Of a DNA stretch of 64,000 nucleotides, positions 36,572-47,006 are shown piece after piece (position 1 is the first letter of the stretch; every line of letters begins with the position of its first letter). The notes under the pieces are model-generated. The model was not told where the DNA came from. It did no database searches and worked only from the letters and a program-made list of their open reading frames with translations. This stretch comes from Emiliania huxleyi CCMP1516 (Eukaryota). The stretch spans positions 310,001 through 374,000 of the forward strand of contig NW_005201192.1 of the NCBI RefSeq assembly GCF_000372725.1, read 5' to 3'. Position numbers and translations under genes: made by a program.

Positions 36572-37018
36572 TTAGGCGCTCTGAGACAGCTCAGGGTTGG
36601 GCTGCTGCGAAGGATTGTAGACGATGCACACTCGTTTGTCCATCGTGACCACCCACAGGCCTCGGTGCACGCTCGTGTCGACCTCGACAGTGGTGAGAAC
36701 GGGCGGCTTGGCAGCACTCGAGCTGTGTGCGCGGCGCTGACAGGGCCGGTAGCGCATTAGCAGTTTGAAAATCAGCACGTAGAGGGGAAACGACAAAAGG
36801 AGGGCGGACAGGGCGATGACCATAGATGTGTAGTCGATGTCTGAGGAGGTTGAGTCTCCGCCGAATGGTGTGTAGCTGTTGCAGCCGTCGAGGACGCATC
36901 TTCGTGGCGGCGGCGGCGGCGGCGGCGGCGGCGCGGACTGCGGCGGCGGCGCAAACGGATTCATGAGAGCCGGAATGGCCGGTGAAAGCATGCGTGCCGG
37001 AATGGTTGGTGGTGACAT
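36572..37018 (-). CDS. Small intronless single-TM protein with poly-Pro N-terminus
   Basis: 148-aa ATG ORF; TM MVIALSALLLSFPLYVLIF followed by basic residues. Confidence 0.5.
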   Translation of the reverse strand: MSPPTIPARMLSPAIPALMNPFAPPPQSAPPPPPPPPPRRCVLDGCNSYTPFGGDSTSSDIDYTSMVIALSALLLSFPLYVLIFKLLMRYRPCQRRAHSSSAAKPPVLTTVEVDTSVHRGLWVVTMDKRVCIVYNPSQQPNPELSQSA

Positions 37019-37128
37019 TCATTCATGAGCCCCATTCAAGGTCTCGTCAAAAAGGAAAAAAAGGCGCTGCCCGGCACCCCTTTGCCAACAACAACCTACA
37101 CACAGTCGGACGAACCGAAAAGTCTACT

Positions 37129-37283
37129 CAGAGCGGTGGTTGAGGCCGATTGCCTCAACTGTCAACCAGCGGGTTGACAGAGGTCTCAACCATTTTTGTT
37201 TTTGTCAACCAAGTGGTTGACAGACCCCTAACACAAACACACTCTCTCTCTCTCTCAGACCCCTTCAACCTTCAACCACGCGG
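37129..37283. mobile_element. Degenerate GTTGA/TCAAC-array MITE-like element
   Basis: Starts CAGAGCGGTGGTTGAGG; palindromic TGTCAACC..GGTTGACA units; related to 40590-40690. Confidence 0.6.
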
Positions 37284-38286
37284 AATGGCTGCTCACACAC
37301 ACACCGCGCAAAGACTTCTGAACAGTGAACATTCTCTGTGAATTCATGTCGTCTTCTTTTAGATGCTGCATTTGACGCGCCTTTTTCACGAGTACTTGCT
37401 CCAGCTACACGTACACGTGCGTGGATGGGAGAGGTGTGATGCCAAGCCCAGACGAGGAGCGCTGACAAGTCATCTCGAATGCCCCGCCACCGGGGGGGTC
37501 CCGGCCGACGTCATGGTCGTCCGGACGCGGCCCTCTGTACACGGAAACAGCTTACCGCAGACATTACCGAACTCAAAACTGCTTACCAAAGGCAGATACG
37601 AGCTCAGCTCAGTGAGATCTAGCAGCACATACCCTCAGTATCCAGAATAGTTAAGTCTGAAAAAGTCGGTCCGACCGCGCAGAGCGGTCTGGCTGTCTGC
37701 AGAGGCCAGAGCTTCCGTCCGGGCCTTGAGAAATGTCGGAGGCATGTCGGCCCTCGCGATTTTGATGGCGTTACCCTCATTGCACGTGAACCAGACCGCG
37801 CCGGCCACGCACCCTTGTTCCCGGAGGCCAACTCGAACAGGTTTGAGCAAATAGGCCGCCTTCCATGCTCGATATGCAGCAGGAGCTTAGTTGACCCTGC
37901 TCGAAGGCCGCCCTGCTCTAAGGCCGCCCTGCTCTCGGCATTGCGTTGTTGACTGATAGCACTGTCTGATCCAACCAGAAAGAGCCGTCAAAGAGCCGTC
38001 GAGCTACATGAGACCCAAGCAAGTCGTCGTGATGTACCAGAAAACGAAACCAGCACCAACAGAGGAGACGAGATGGGGGCGGAGCCGCGGCTGAAAAAGG
38101 CTAGGAGGGGAGGTCGGGCCCCGCGCCCGTCACACAACTATCGGGATGCGACCAGAAGGAAGGACCGAGAGGTGGGGGAAGACGTCCCGAAGTGAAAGTT
38201 GGGAGACCACGAAGAAGGGTCCGGAGTGGTGAGGCGCCGGGTGTGGGCGGGCGTCGAGTCCGTGTCGAGTCCGTGTCGAGTGTTTA

Positions 38287-38520
38287 CTAGCTCCGAGTAG
38301 AGGGGGCGTTCTGCTGCTAGGGGAAACCTGGAGCGCGGAGCTAACCCTCGGAGACCCGTGTTTACTTTAAGGCCCTTGCCCTGCGAACGCGCACCCCCGG
38401 GGCTAGGGCTCTCTAGCCCGTAACCCGATGCCAATCATCCGGCCCGCTGGGTGCGCTTCTTAGCTCCCCGGCCCTGGATGTGCGGTTGATGACTGCACTC
38501 CAAGTGCTCCAAGTGCACCA
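38287..38520 (-). repeat. Dispersed repeat family R, longest copy
   Basis: Overlaps in sequence with the copies at 13606, 31774 and (diverged) 24425-24491. Confidence 0.85.
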
Positions 38521-38714
38521 AAATTGTGACCCCAGGATCGACATTGATTTCTCGCGCCTACTTTCACTGCTTGAGACTCGGGACTCGCCAAATAGATCCT
38601 GCGTCTATGACTGTGTGCAACGTCAAGTCGTGAACCGCGACAAGACCATCGCGCCAAGCGCGACTCTGTTGCTTTATGCGGCAGCATTCAACGTGACTCT
38701 TGCCGTGGATGGTT

Positions 38715-40231
38715 CTGAGCCCTGGTGTCGAGGTGTCGAGGCCCGGTGTCGAGGGTGTCGAGCTGCTGTCGAGGGATAGAGGTGTCGAGCCTGTCGAGGC
38801 CTAGGCCTGGCGAGGCCTGGCGAGGCCTGGCGAGGCCTGGCGGCGAGGCCTGGCGAGGCCTGGCGGCGAGGCCTGGCGGCGAGGCCTGGCGAGGCCTGGC
38901 GAGGCCTGGCGAGGCCTGGCGAGGCCTGTCGAGGCGAGGCCTGGCGAGGCCTGTCGAGGCTGAAACCATGCTTGTCCGTGTCGAGGAGTGTCGAGGGGTG
39001 TCGAGGGGTGTCGAGGGTGTCGAGGGTGTCGAGGGTGTCGAGCGGGTGTCGAGCGGGTGTCGAGTGTTGTCAAGAGGCGTCTGAGGTATTGAGGTGTCCA
39101 AGGTGGCAGGTGGATGCAGTTGCAGCCCATCAACATACAACTCTTTTCTCCCAGTAACCTAAAAGACGTACAACAAAAGTTGGGCAGCAGTTGCAAAGCT
39201 GTTTCATCCCTTAGTTGCAGCCTCAGTTGCACCCTGTTGATGTAGCACAACCTGAGCACAACCAGTATACTCTCTGTGGACATTTGAGGACATCAAGTGC
39301 CGGGAGTCATTGCCACTGTGCACCAAGGTGCTGTGCAGGCGCAGCACCGCAGCAGCGTCGCTGCTGCAGCAGCGTCGCTGCTGCAGCGTCACCGGCGCAC
39401 AAAGCGCAACTGACCACAGCGCTCATGGCACAAGGCTGGTGCCATGAGTCAGTGGACATTGCCACTGCACAAGGTGCTGTCCAGCAGCTAAGGGCTGCCA
39501 GTACCCCATCGCAGCAGCGTCGCCGCCGCTGCAGCGTCGCCGTTGCAGCGTCGCCAGTGCACAAAGCGCAATGGACCACAGGTCTGCACTCATGGCACAA
39601 GCTCACTGGTGTGAGGATTCATTGCCACTGTACAAGGTGCTGTGCAGCACCTTAGGGCTACCTGAGTACTGCCATGTTTGCTGCATCAACAGGGGTGCAA
39701 CTGAGCTGCAACTTGAGCTAGAACTTGAGAGGCTGCAACTCAGGGATGAAAGTACTGCCAGCCAAGTTTGATTGCTGCTGCAACCCTGATTTCTAACTCT
39801 GTGACTCCAATGGGTCTACGTCTCTGCTGTGTTAGGATCATCAGAGGTGTCGAGCGGTGTCGAGCGGTGTCGAGCGGTGTCGAGCGGTGTCGAGCGGTGT
39901 CGAGCGGTGTCGAGCGGTGTCGAGCGGTGTCGAGCGGTGTCGAGCGGTGTCGAGCGGTGTCGAGCGGTGTCGAGCGGTGTCGAGCGGTGTCGAGCGGTGT
40001 CGAGCGGTGTCGAGCGGTGTCGAGGGGTGCCGAGGGGTGTCGAGGGGTGTCGAGGTGTCGAGTTTGGCACCTTGACACGGACGAGCATGGTTTCAGCCTA
40101 GATGGTGTCGAGGGGTGTCGAGGGGTGTCGAGGGGTGTCGAGGGGTGTCGAGTTTGTCGAGTTGGCATGGGTTGTCGAGGTGTCGAGTCGGTGTCGAGGT
40201 TTGGTGTCGAGGTGTCGAGGCCAGGGCTCAG
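38715..40231. mobile_element. 1.5-kb non-autonomous foldback-like DNA transposon, 11-bp TIR, 8-bp TSD
   Basis: TIR CTGAGCCCTGG / CCAGGGCTCAG; TSD GGATGGTT at 38707-38714 and 40232-40239; (GGCGAGGCCT)n and (GTCGAGCGGT)x~18 arrays; nested inverted repeats. Confidence 0.95.
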
Positions 40232-40589
40232 GGATGGTTAGTGACCGCGGTTGCTTACGCAATGCTACACCGTGAGCTGAGCTTCACCAGCCGTTTCTCC
40301 TCCTTCCCTTGCCTTCTCTTGCCGTCCGTTCTCTGTGCGCATTCCACTGCATGCGGCATCAACACGCGTCTTCTGCCGGGCGCGCATCTGAACTCGTACC
40401 AGGTACTCGAGTAGGCCATCGCTTTGCTGAGAGATCAGGCGCCTGAATGGCGACAGTGAGCGTCTCCTACTTATGGATTGCGCTCGAGGTCCGAGGAGCG
40501 CAAGAGCGCGCCGCAGGCGAAGCGATTTTTTGGGCGGCAGGCTCTTCCAGTTTATCTTGTGATCACGCTCGAGCCTGTGAATAGGCCCC

Positions 40590-40690
40590 GGAGGCCTCAA
40601 CCCTCAACTAAAGGGTTGAGGGGGGGTCTCAACCGTCAACCAGATGGTTGAGGGGGGGCCTCAACCCTCAACCCCTCAACCACCCCTCTG
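40590..40690. mobile_element. Partial GTTGA/TCAAC-array element end
   Basis: Ends CCTCAACCACCCCTCTG, 16/17 inverted match to 37129-37145. Confidence 0.6.
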
Positions 40691-40786
40691 GAAAGAGAAA
40701 AGAAGAAAATTGTGCCGAACCAGAGCCGGTGCTTCGCAGCCCGCGCTCCTAACACGGCGAGTGCGGTCCCCCTACAATTGTACTGT

Positions 40787-43316
40787 ATGGCCGGTTCTTC
40801 TGGCGGCTCCGGCGGGGCTGGTGCCCCGCCCGCCAAGCTCGAGCAGCTGCCAGCCTTCAAAGAGGTTCGCGATGCCTCTGAGCGGCGGGCGCTCTTCCTC
40901 AAGAAGCTTCAGTTGTGCTCGTGGCCGATGGACTTCACGAACGGGCAGATCGACGCGCGCGATAAGGAGATAAAGCGACAGACCCTCCTGGAGCTCATGG
41001 ATTATATCAACTCGACCAAGGGTGACCGCCGAGCCGCTCACTGATCGTGCCACCACCGGCAGCCGCACGCTTCACTCCGTCCCATGCGCACCAGGCGCCT
41101 TCTCCGAGCGCACCTACCCCGACGTCGTTCACATGATTGCAGCAAACCTCTTCCGCGGTGAGGCCGCCCCGCCCGCCCGCACAGACTCGGCTACGACGGC
41201 GGACCCATCACCGTCCCTGTCCCGAGCGCACCACCAGCCAGCCTCCACTGCTGCCGAGCGAGGGATGGTGACGAGGGCGGAGGGCGGTGACGAGCTCGCT
41301 GTGAGGCGGGGCGGCTCTCTTCACAGCTGCAGCGCGTGACAGGCCTGGCGGCGTCCGGCTCGCGGGCGCAGCTCGAGCCGGAGGAGGAGGAGCCCGCGCT
41401 CGAGCCCGCGTGGCCGCACCTGCAGTACGTGTACGAGTTCCTGCTCCGGCTCGCGCCGCCTCGAGCTCCAGCCAAGGGGTGGCTAGTCTCTCACCTGGCC
41501 TCTCTGGCTGCGCGAGTAGGTTCGTGGTCTCGAGCGAGGCGGACCCGAAGGCGGTCAAGCGGTACCTCGACACGCGTTTCCTTCTCAAGCTCATCGACCT
41601 CTTCGACTCCGAGGAAGCTCGCCGCCCCAGCATGCCGAACACCCGCACCCCGTGCTCACGACCGACACTCGAGACGACGCCTGCTCTCACCTTCTCCGCC
41701 CGCCACACCCCCGCGCACCAGGACCCGCGCGAGCGAGACTACCTCAAGACGATCCTGCACCGCATCTACGGCAAGTTCATGCCCTACCGCGCCTTCATCC
41801 GCAAGGCCATCAACAACATCTTCTACACCTTCGTGTACGAGACGGAGCGGCACAACGGCATCGCCGAGCTTCTCGAGATCCTGGGCTCGATCATCAACGG
41901 CTTCGCGCTGCCGCTCAAGGAGGAACACATGCTCTTCCTGCACCGCGCGCTGCTCCCGCTCCACAAGGTGCGCTTCACCGGCATGTACCACCACAGCAGC
42001 TCTCGTAGTAATTCATTGGTGAATTATTCGTCAAGGTGCGCTTCATCGGCATGTACCACCAGCAGCTCTCGTATTGCGTCTCGCAGTTTGTTGAGAAGGA
42101 GCCGCCGCCGCGCGCCACGCGCCGCCTCGCATGCCGCGCCTCTCGACGGCCGCCGTCACGCTGCTGTAGGACCCGAAGCTCGCCAAGCCGGTCCTCGAGG
42201 CGATCCTCAAGTTCTGGCCGTGCACGCACTCGCCGAAGGAGGCGAAGCGCCAGCCCGACGAGGGCTAGCACAGCCGCCCCTGTTACAAAGAGGGGAGAGA
42301 CTGGCCCGGGGGAGGGGCGGGGGCGGGGGGGGAGGGACTGGCTCACCCTGCGCGGGACTGGAAGGTGCTGCTGCTGAACGAGCTCGAGGAGGTGTTGGAG
42401 ATGGTCGACGCGCGAGAGTTTGCCGCGGTGATGGCGCCGCTCTTCGCGCAGGTGGCAGAGGCAGCTCGGCGACATCTCGGCTCTCGGCATCACCTCTGCA
42501 TCACCTCGGCATCACCTCGGCATCAGCTCGGCATCACCTCGGCTGCTTCTCTTCGCGCAGGTGTCGCGCTGCATAGAGTCGCCGCACTTCCAGGTGGCCG
42601 AGCGGGCCCTCTTTCTGTGGAACAATGAGTACATCGTCTCGCTCATCGCGCAGCACCGCGCAGAGGCGCCCGCCGCTCCTCCTCGCGCCCTGCCCGCCTC
42701 GCGCAGCTGGCACACTGCTGGGCCGTCAGAGTGTGCCGGCGGTGGGCCGCAGGTGCTGCCGATCGTGTTTGGCGCGCTGCACGCAAACTCGAACTCGCAC
42801 TGGAACCAGGCGAGACCCGGCGCGGCCCGCCACGCCCCCCCCCCCCCTCCACGCGCCAGCTTGCGCCTCCGCCCGCCAGACGGTGCACGGGCTCACCTGC
42901 AACGTGGTCAAGCTCTTCATGGAGATGGACCCGCGCCTCTTCGACGAGTGCACCGCCGCGCACCAGGCGGCGCAGGAGAGGGAGCAGGCGCGGCGCGAAG
43001 AGGCGGCAGCCCCCTGACTCCGTCCGAGATCACCCGAGATGTGCCGAGAGTAGGCGCGGCGCGAGGAGCGGCAGGACGCGTGGAGGGCGATCGAGGCCGA
43101 CGCGGAGGCGAGTCCGCCGCGTCTCCACCGCGGCGCACGGCGCTGTGCTGCCCCCTCCCCACGCCGCCTCGTGCGACGCAGGCGAACCCGCTCTTCCCGC
43201 GGGTGAAGCACGCGCTCACCGCGAAGGCGTCGCTCGCCTATGCGATGCGCGCGCAGCAGCTGCGGGAGGGGATGACCATGTTCGAGGACGCGCCGAGCGA
43301 CGAGAAGGCGCGTTGA
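40787..43316 (+). CDS. PPP2R5: Protein phosphatase 2A regulatory subunit B' (B56), many exons
   Basis: [94 protein letters not shown]. Confidence 0.97.
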
Positions 43317-44160
43317 GGGAATGGAGGGGGCGAGGGACAGGGAGGTGTATCACAACGGGGCGGCGCCGGGCGCAGTTGGGCTCAACGACAGCGGTTCTCG
43401 TTTGGTGTACGAGTTATAGAGCTCGAACGGTAAAGTAGAGGCGGGGTCTCGAATCATCATGTCAGTAGCAGTAGCTTCCTTGGGACGTGTGCATGTCTGT
43501 GTGGGCACGCGCTGTCGCGCTCTGAGACCGAATTGTGTTATGTGACATCTTGCGTCTTCAATTTATTACACACATATGCGAGAGGTGGCGTTGACGCGAT
43601 TTACTTGTACACGATGTGCGCGGCCGATTTTGCGATTACGGTACTTGATCTTGAGAGAAACATGCACCTTGAAAGAGATCAGAGTGGTTTCACTGTGGGT
43701 GTGGCGGGGAACGATCGCGCGCATCGATCGCGTTCTACATCTGAGAGACAAGTGTGTCACATCGAGGACGACAACCCGCGCGCAGGACACTGAGGCGGAT
43801 TGACTCTGAGCCGCACAAAGCTTTCTAGCGCTCTGCACCTCAGTCCTCACAGGCAGTGCTCTACAAGCGCCCTCTCTGAGGGCAAAAGGCGTGAAATCCG
43901 CATGGGTGGGGTCCACAAGCGGTTTGGCTCGCGTCCACCGCCGCCGGAGGCTGCTTCCGATATCTCGGCCTCCTCGCCGTGCCGGCGACCACCAGACTAA
44001 TTGATCTCCCATCGCGCAGCCGTCGCATCGCCGCCGGCATCGCGCTGGGTGCCGCCGCAGGCCGCTTCCTCAGCCGCAGCCACGCGCTGCTCCGGCTGCG
44101 CCTCTCCCTCGCCCGCGCGCTCTCGCTCCGTGCCTCGTGTGCTCTCCGGTCTCCGCGCGC

Positions 44161-45834
44161 TCACTTGGCGCCCGTCGTCGCGCCGCGCTGCACCGAGAGG
44201 TCCATCATCACCGTGCCTGAGCCTTGGGGCTGCACGAGCGACGGCGCGCTCACCAGGTCGTCAAGCTCCCCGTAGCTCGGCAGCGTCGACTCCTGCACAC
44301 GGCCCCTGCGCAGGACGATGCGGTCGAGCTGCGGCCGCGAGAGCAGCTCAGAGAGGCGCCGCGCGTCGGGGAAGAGGATCAGGTCGGCCGCGGCGCCGGG
44401 CGCGATCGATGCCGGCACGTTGGACAGCGCGCTCGTCGGCGCGGCGCCCTCGCCGCCGCCCGTCGCGCAGGCGCCGTCGTCGGCGCCCGGCGCGGGGTGG
44501 AGGCCCATGGCGAGGGCGGGCGCGTCTGAGACGAGCTGTGCCCACGCGCCCTCGTGGGGGACCGTGTCGAGGTGGCCGAGCGTGATCGCCATCCTCCAGT
44601 TCTGCAGCCCGTCGTAGTCGCCATACGGGTGCCACCAGTCGCGCACGTTGTCGCTCGCCGCGGCGACGCACACGCCCGCCGCGGCGAGCTCCTGCACCAG
44701 CGTGAGGCCACGCCACTGCGGCGTGCGCGGCGTGTCGGCATCGATCTCCACGCAGTGCGGCGGCATCGAGCCGCGCCGGTCCTGCAAGCCAAGATTGGTC
44801 GCCGGGTGCACGATGACCGTCAGCGGGCGGAGGGCCGCGAGGCCCGCGACCACCTCACGCTGCACAGCCGGCGTCTGCAGCGAGAGCGCCGTGAGGTGGC
44901 CGAGGAGCACGGGCTTCGTGTAGCCGTTGGCGCGCGCCTTGCGGAGGCAGTGCACGAGGGGCTGCAGGCAGCAGCACTGTGGGTCGTTGGTCTCGTCGAT
45001 GTGCAAGTCCACCTGCACGCCGTGCGCGTGCGCGTACGCGAAGAGTGCGTCCAGGTGCGCCTCCGTCTCGGCAAACGGCGTGCCGTTGACGTTGCCGCAG
45101 TAGGCGCCGAGGAGCACGCCCTCATGGCTCATCGCCTCCTCCAGATGGGGCTCAGCGAGGGCGGGCTTACCCCACAGCGGCAGGTAGAGGTTGGCCACGC
45201 CCTGGAGGCAGACGCCCTTGGCTGCCCACTTGGCGCGCAGCTTGGTGAAAGCCGTGTACACGGTGGCGCGCAGCTGCGCGTCCGGGCTGTTGGTGCCGTC
45301 GAGGTGCGTGCGCATCGCGCGCGTCCCATAGTGGTAAGCGGTCGCGATGGCAAAGTCCATGCGGCGGTACACGTCCTCCTCCGATAGCCAGTTTGCCTCC
45401 TGATCAATGAGCTCCACCCGCAGAGCGTCGTTGATGCTGCCCGTTGGATTGCGCGTGCGCGGGTGGCCGTGCGTCTTGATCATGTGGGTGTGCGCGTCCG
45501 TGAAGCAGGAGAGCAGAATGCTGCCTCCCGCGTCACACTTTGGACCCACGGTTTGACCGGCGTCGATCGCGGAGATCTTCCCATCCAAGATGTGCACGTC
45601 GCAGTCCACGAGGCCCTCGGCATCACTGACAAAGGAGGAGCTAGGCGGCAGCAGCGACCGTGGCACGCGCACACGCGAGAGCACGAGAGTGCGCTTCGCA
45701 CGTGCGAGGAGCTTGAGCTTGAGGCGCAGCAAACCGTGCCGCCGATTGAGCAAAGCGCCGAGCGTGAACGACGCCGCGGCGAGGGCAGCGCCAGATAATG
45801 CGAATGTGAGGGGTACGCGCGAGAGCAGCGCCAT
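44161..45834 (-). CDS. Bacterial-type cytosine/pterin deaminase (CodA-like amidohydrolase), intronless, N-terminal hydrophobic anchor
   Basis: DAHTH, GTRAMRTH, VDLHIDETND, LGHLT, ASDNVRDWWHPYGDYD, PGAAADLILF. Confidence 0.9.
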   Translation of the reverse strand: MALLSRVPLTFALSGAALAAASFTLGALLNRRHGLLRLKLKLLARAKRTLVLSRVRVPRSLLPPSSSFVSDAEGLVDCDVHILDGKISAIDAGQTVGPKCDAGGSILLSCFTDAHTHMIKTHGHPRTRNPTGSINDALRVELIDQEANWLSEEDVYRRMDFAIATAYHYGTRAMRTHLDGTNSPDAQLRATVYTAFTKLRAKWAAKGVCLQGVANLYLPLWGKPALAEPHLEEAMSHEGVLLGAYCGNVNGTPFAETEAHLDALFAYAHAHGVQVDLHIDETNDPQCCCLQPLVHCLRKARANGYTKPVLLGHLTALSLQTPAVQREVVAGLAALRPLTVIVHPATNLGLQDRRGSMPPHCVEIDADTPRTPQWRGLTLVQELAAAGVCVAAASDNVRDWWHPYGDYDGLQNWRMAITLGHLDTVPHEGAWAQLVSDAPALAMGLHPAPGADDGACATGGGEGAAPTSALSNVPASIAPGAAADLILFPDARRLSELLSRPQLDRIVLRRGRVQESTLPSYGELDDLVSAPSLVQPQGSGTVMMDLSVQRGATTGAK

Positions 45835-45974
45835 TTTGCTACCGGGATAGGGGTACAAGCTCGCGACGCGGCTTGGCAGGCCGCATCGCAGCCAGCCTTT
45901 CAGAAGGCCCTCCTTCACAGCTGCTGCTGCTGCACGACGTCGACGCCTCTCGCCGCTGGATCGCCCTCGGCCTC

Positions 45975-46012
<38 letters not shown>

Positions 46013-47006
46013 TGTGAAGATCTTCCTCGTTGTACAAGCTCTAATCGAAAACCTTGGCCTCACAGAATCGGTCCCTCGTTGTACAGCAGTGAGTGTGGTT
46101 CTTGCACGCGTGCAAGATTGGGCGTCTTCTGCCGCAGTCCCTTTGTGCTTTGACGGCCCCAGGGTGGGTGGGGGCCACCTCCAACCCCTACCTAGCCAAT
46201 AGGGGTACAAGCTCTTCCTCGTTGTACTCGAGTATTGCAAGCAACCCCCCCCCCCCCTGGCCCCCCCCACCCCGCCTCCCGGCATCCGACCCGCCCATTC
46301 AGCTCTTTCGTACTTTCGTACGGAGCGTGGGTTTGCTTTTTCATTTTTTAGGCGGGATTTGTGGTCACAACTTAGGCGCGCGCGCGAAACACACCCGGAT
46401 CTACTCGCGTAGATACACAGACGACACAACCGAGCCTATGGACAACTGGGACCAGATCATCACGCAGCGCTGGCGTGCGGCGATTCCAGCAGGCCCAGGC
46501 AAAGTGACGCGATCCGTCTCGCCGAGGCGCGCTTTTTGCGTCCGCATCGGTAGATGGTAGAGATGTGCGTTTGGAGCAGTGCGGACTGTCTGTGCAGAGT
46601 AGAGTGGGGTCACCCGTTTAGTTGATTTGTAGTTTGTGTTGTTCTGTGTGAGCGGTGGTGCCGCACGGGCCGCTCTCCCTCGCCTCGGGGCGTGGCGCTG
46701 GTGGGCCGGGGGCGCGCGGTAGGCGTACGGGGCCGCGTGCGCGTGGCCCGCCCGTAAGCGCCGTGTGTGGGGTGCCCTGGGGTCGGGCAGCGAGCTACCC
46801 CCCCGGGACGGCGCATCGCGAGTGAGGCCCCGGGGTGGGGCAGGTGAGGGAGGGGGCGGGGATGGCCGGGCCCCGGTGAGTTCTGGGTGAGGCCCGCCCC
46901 CCCCCCCCTCCCTCGAGGCTGTGATCCGCACATGGGCAGGAGCCGGAACCCAAATCGGCGTTGACGTATGCACCCGGTCGCTAGCTGCTAGTCTACCACG
47001 CCCCGA

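Noticed and set aside
37300..38100. VGLREQGCVAGAVWF as a reverse transcriptase QG motif
   Set aside because: No YADD-like motif or other RT blocks recognisable; too weak
39847..40025. Regular repeat arrays as a possible CRISPR
   Set aside because: Pure tandem 10-mers with no unique spacers; eukaryotic context; no cas genes
37129..40690. Single 3.5-kb transposon defined by a 16/17 inverted match
   Set aside because: Flanks share no TSD and the left copy seems to have its own degenerate right end; treated as two fragments
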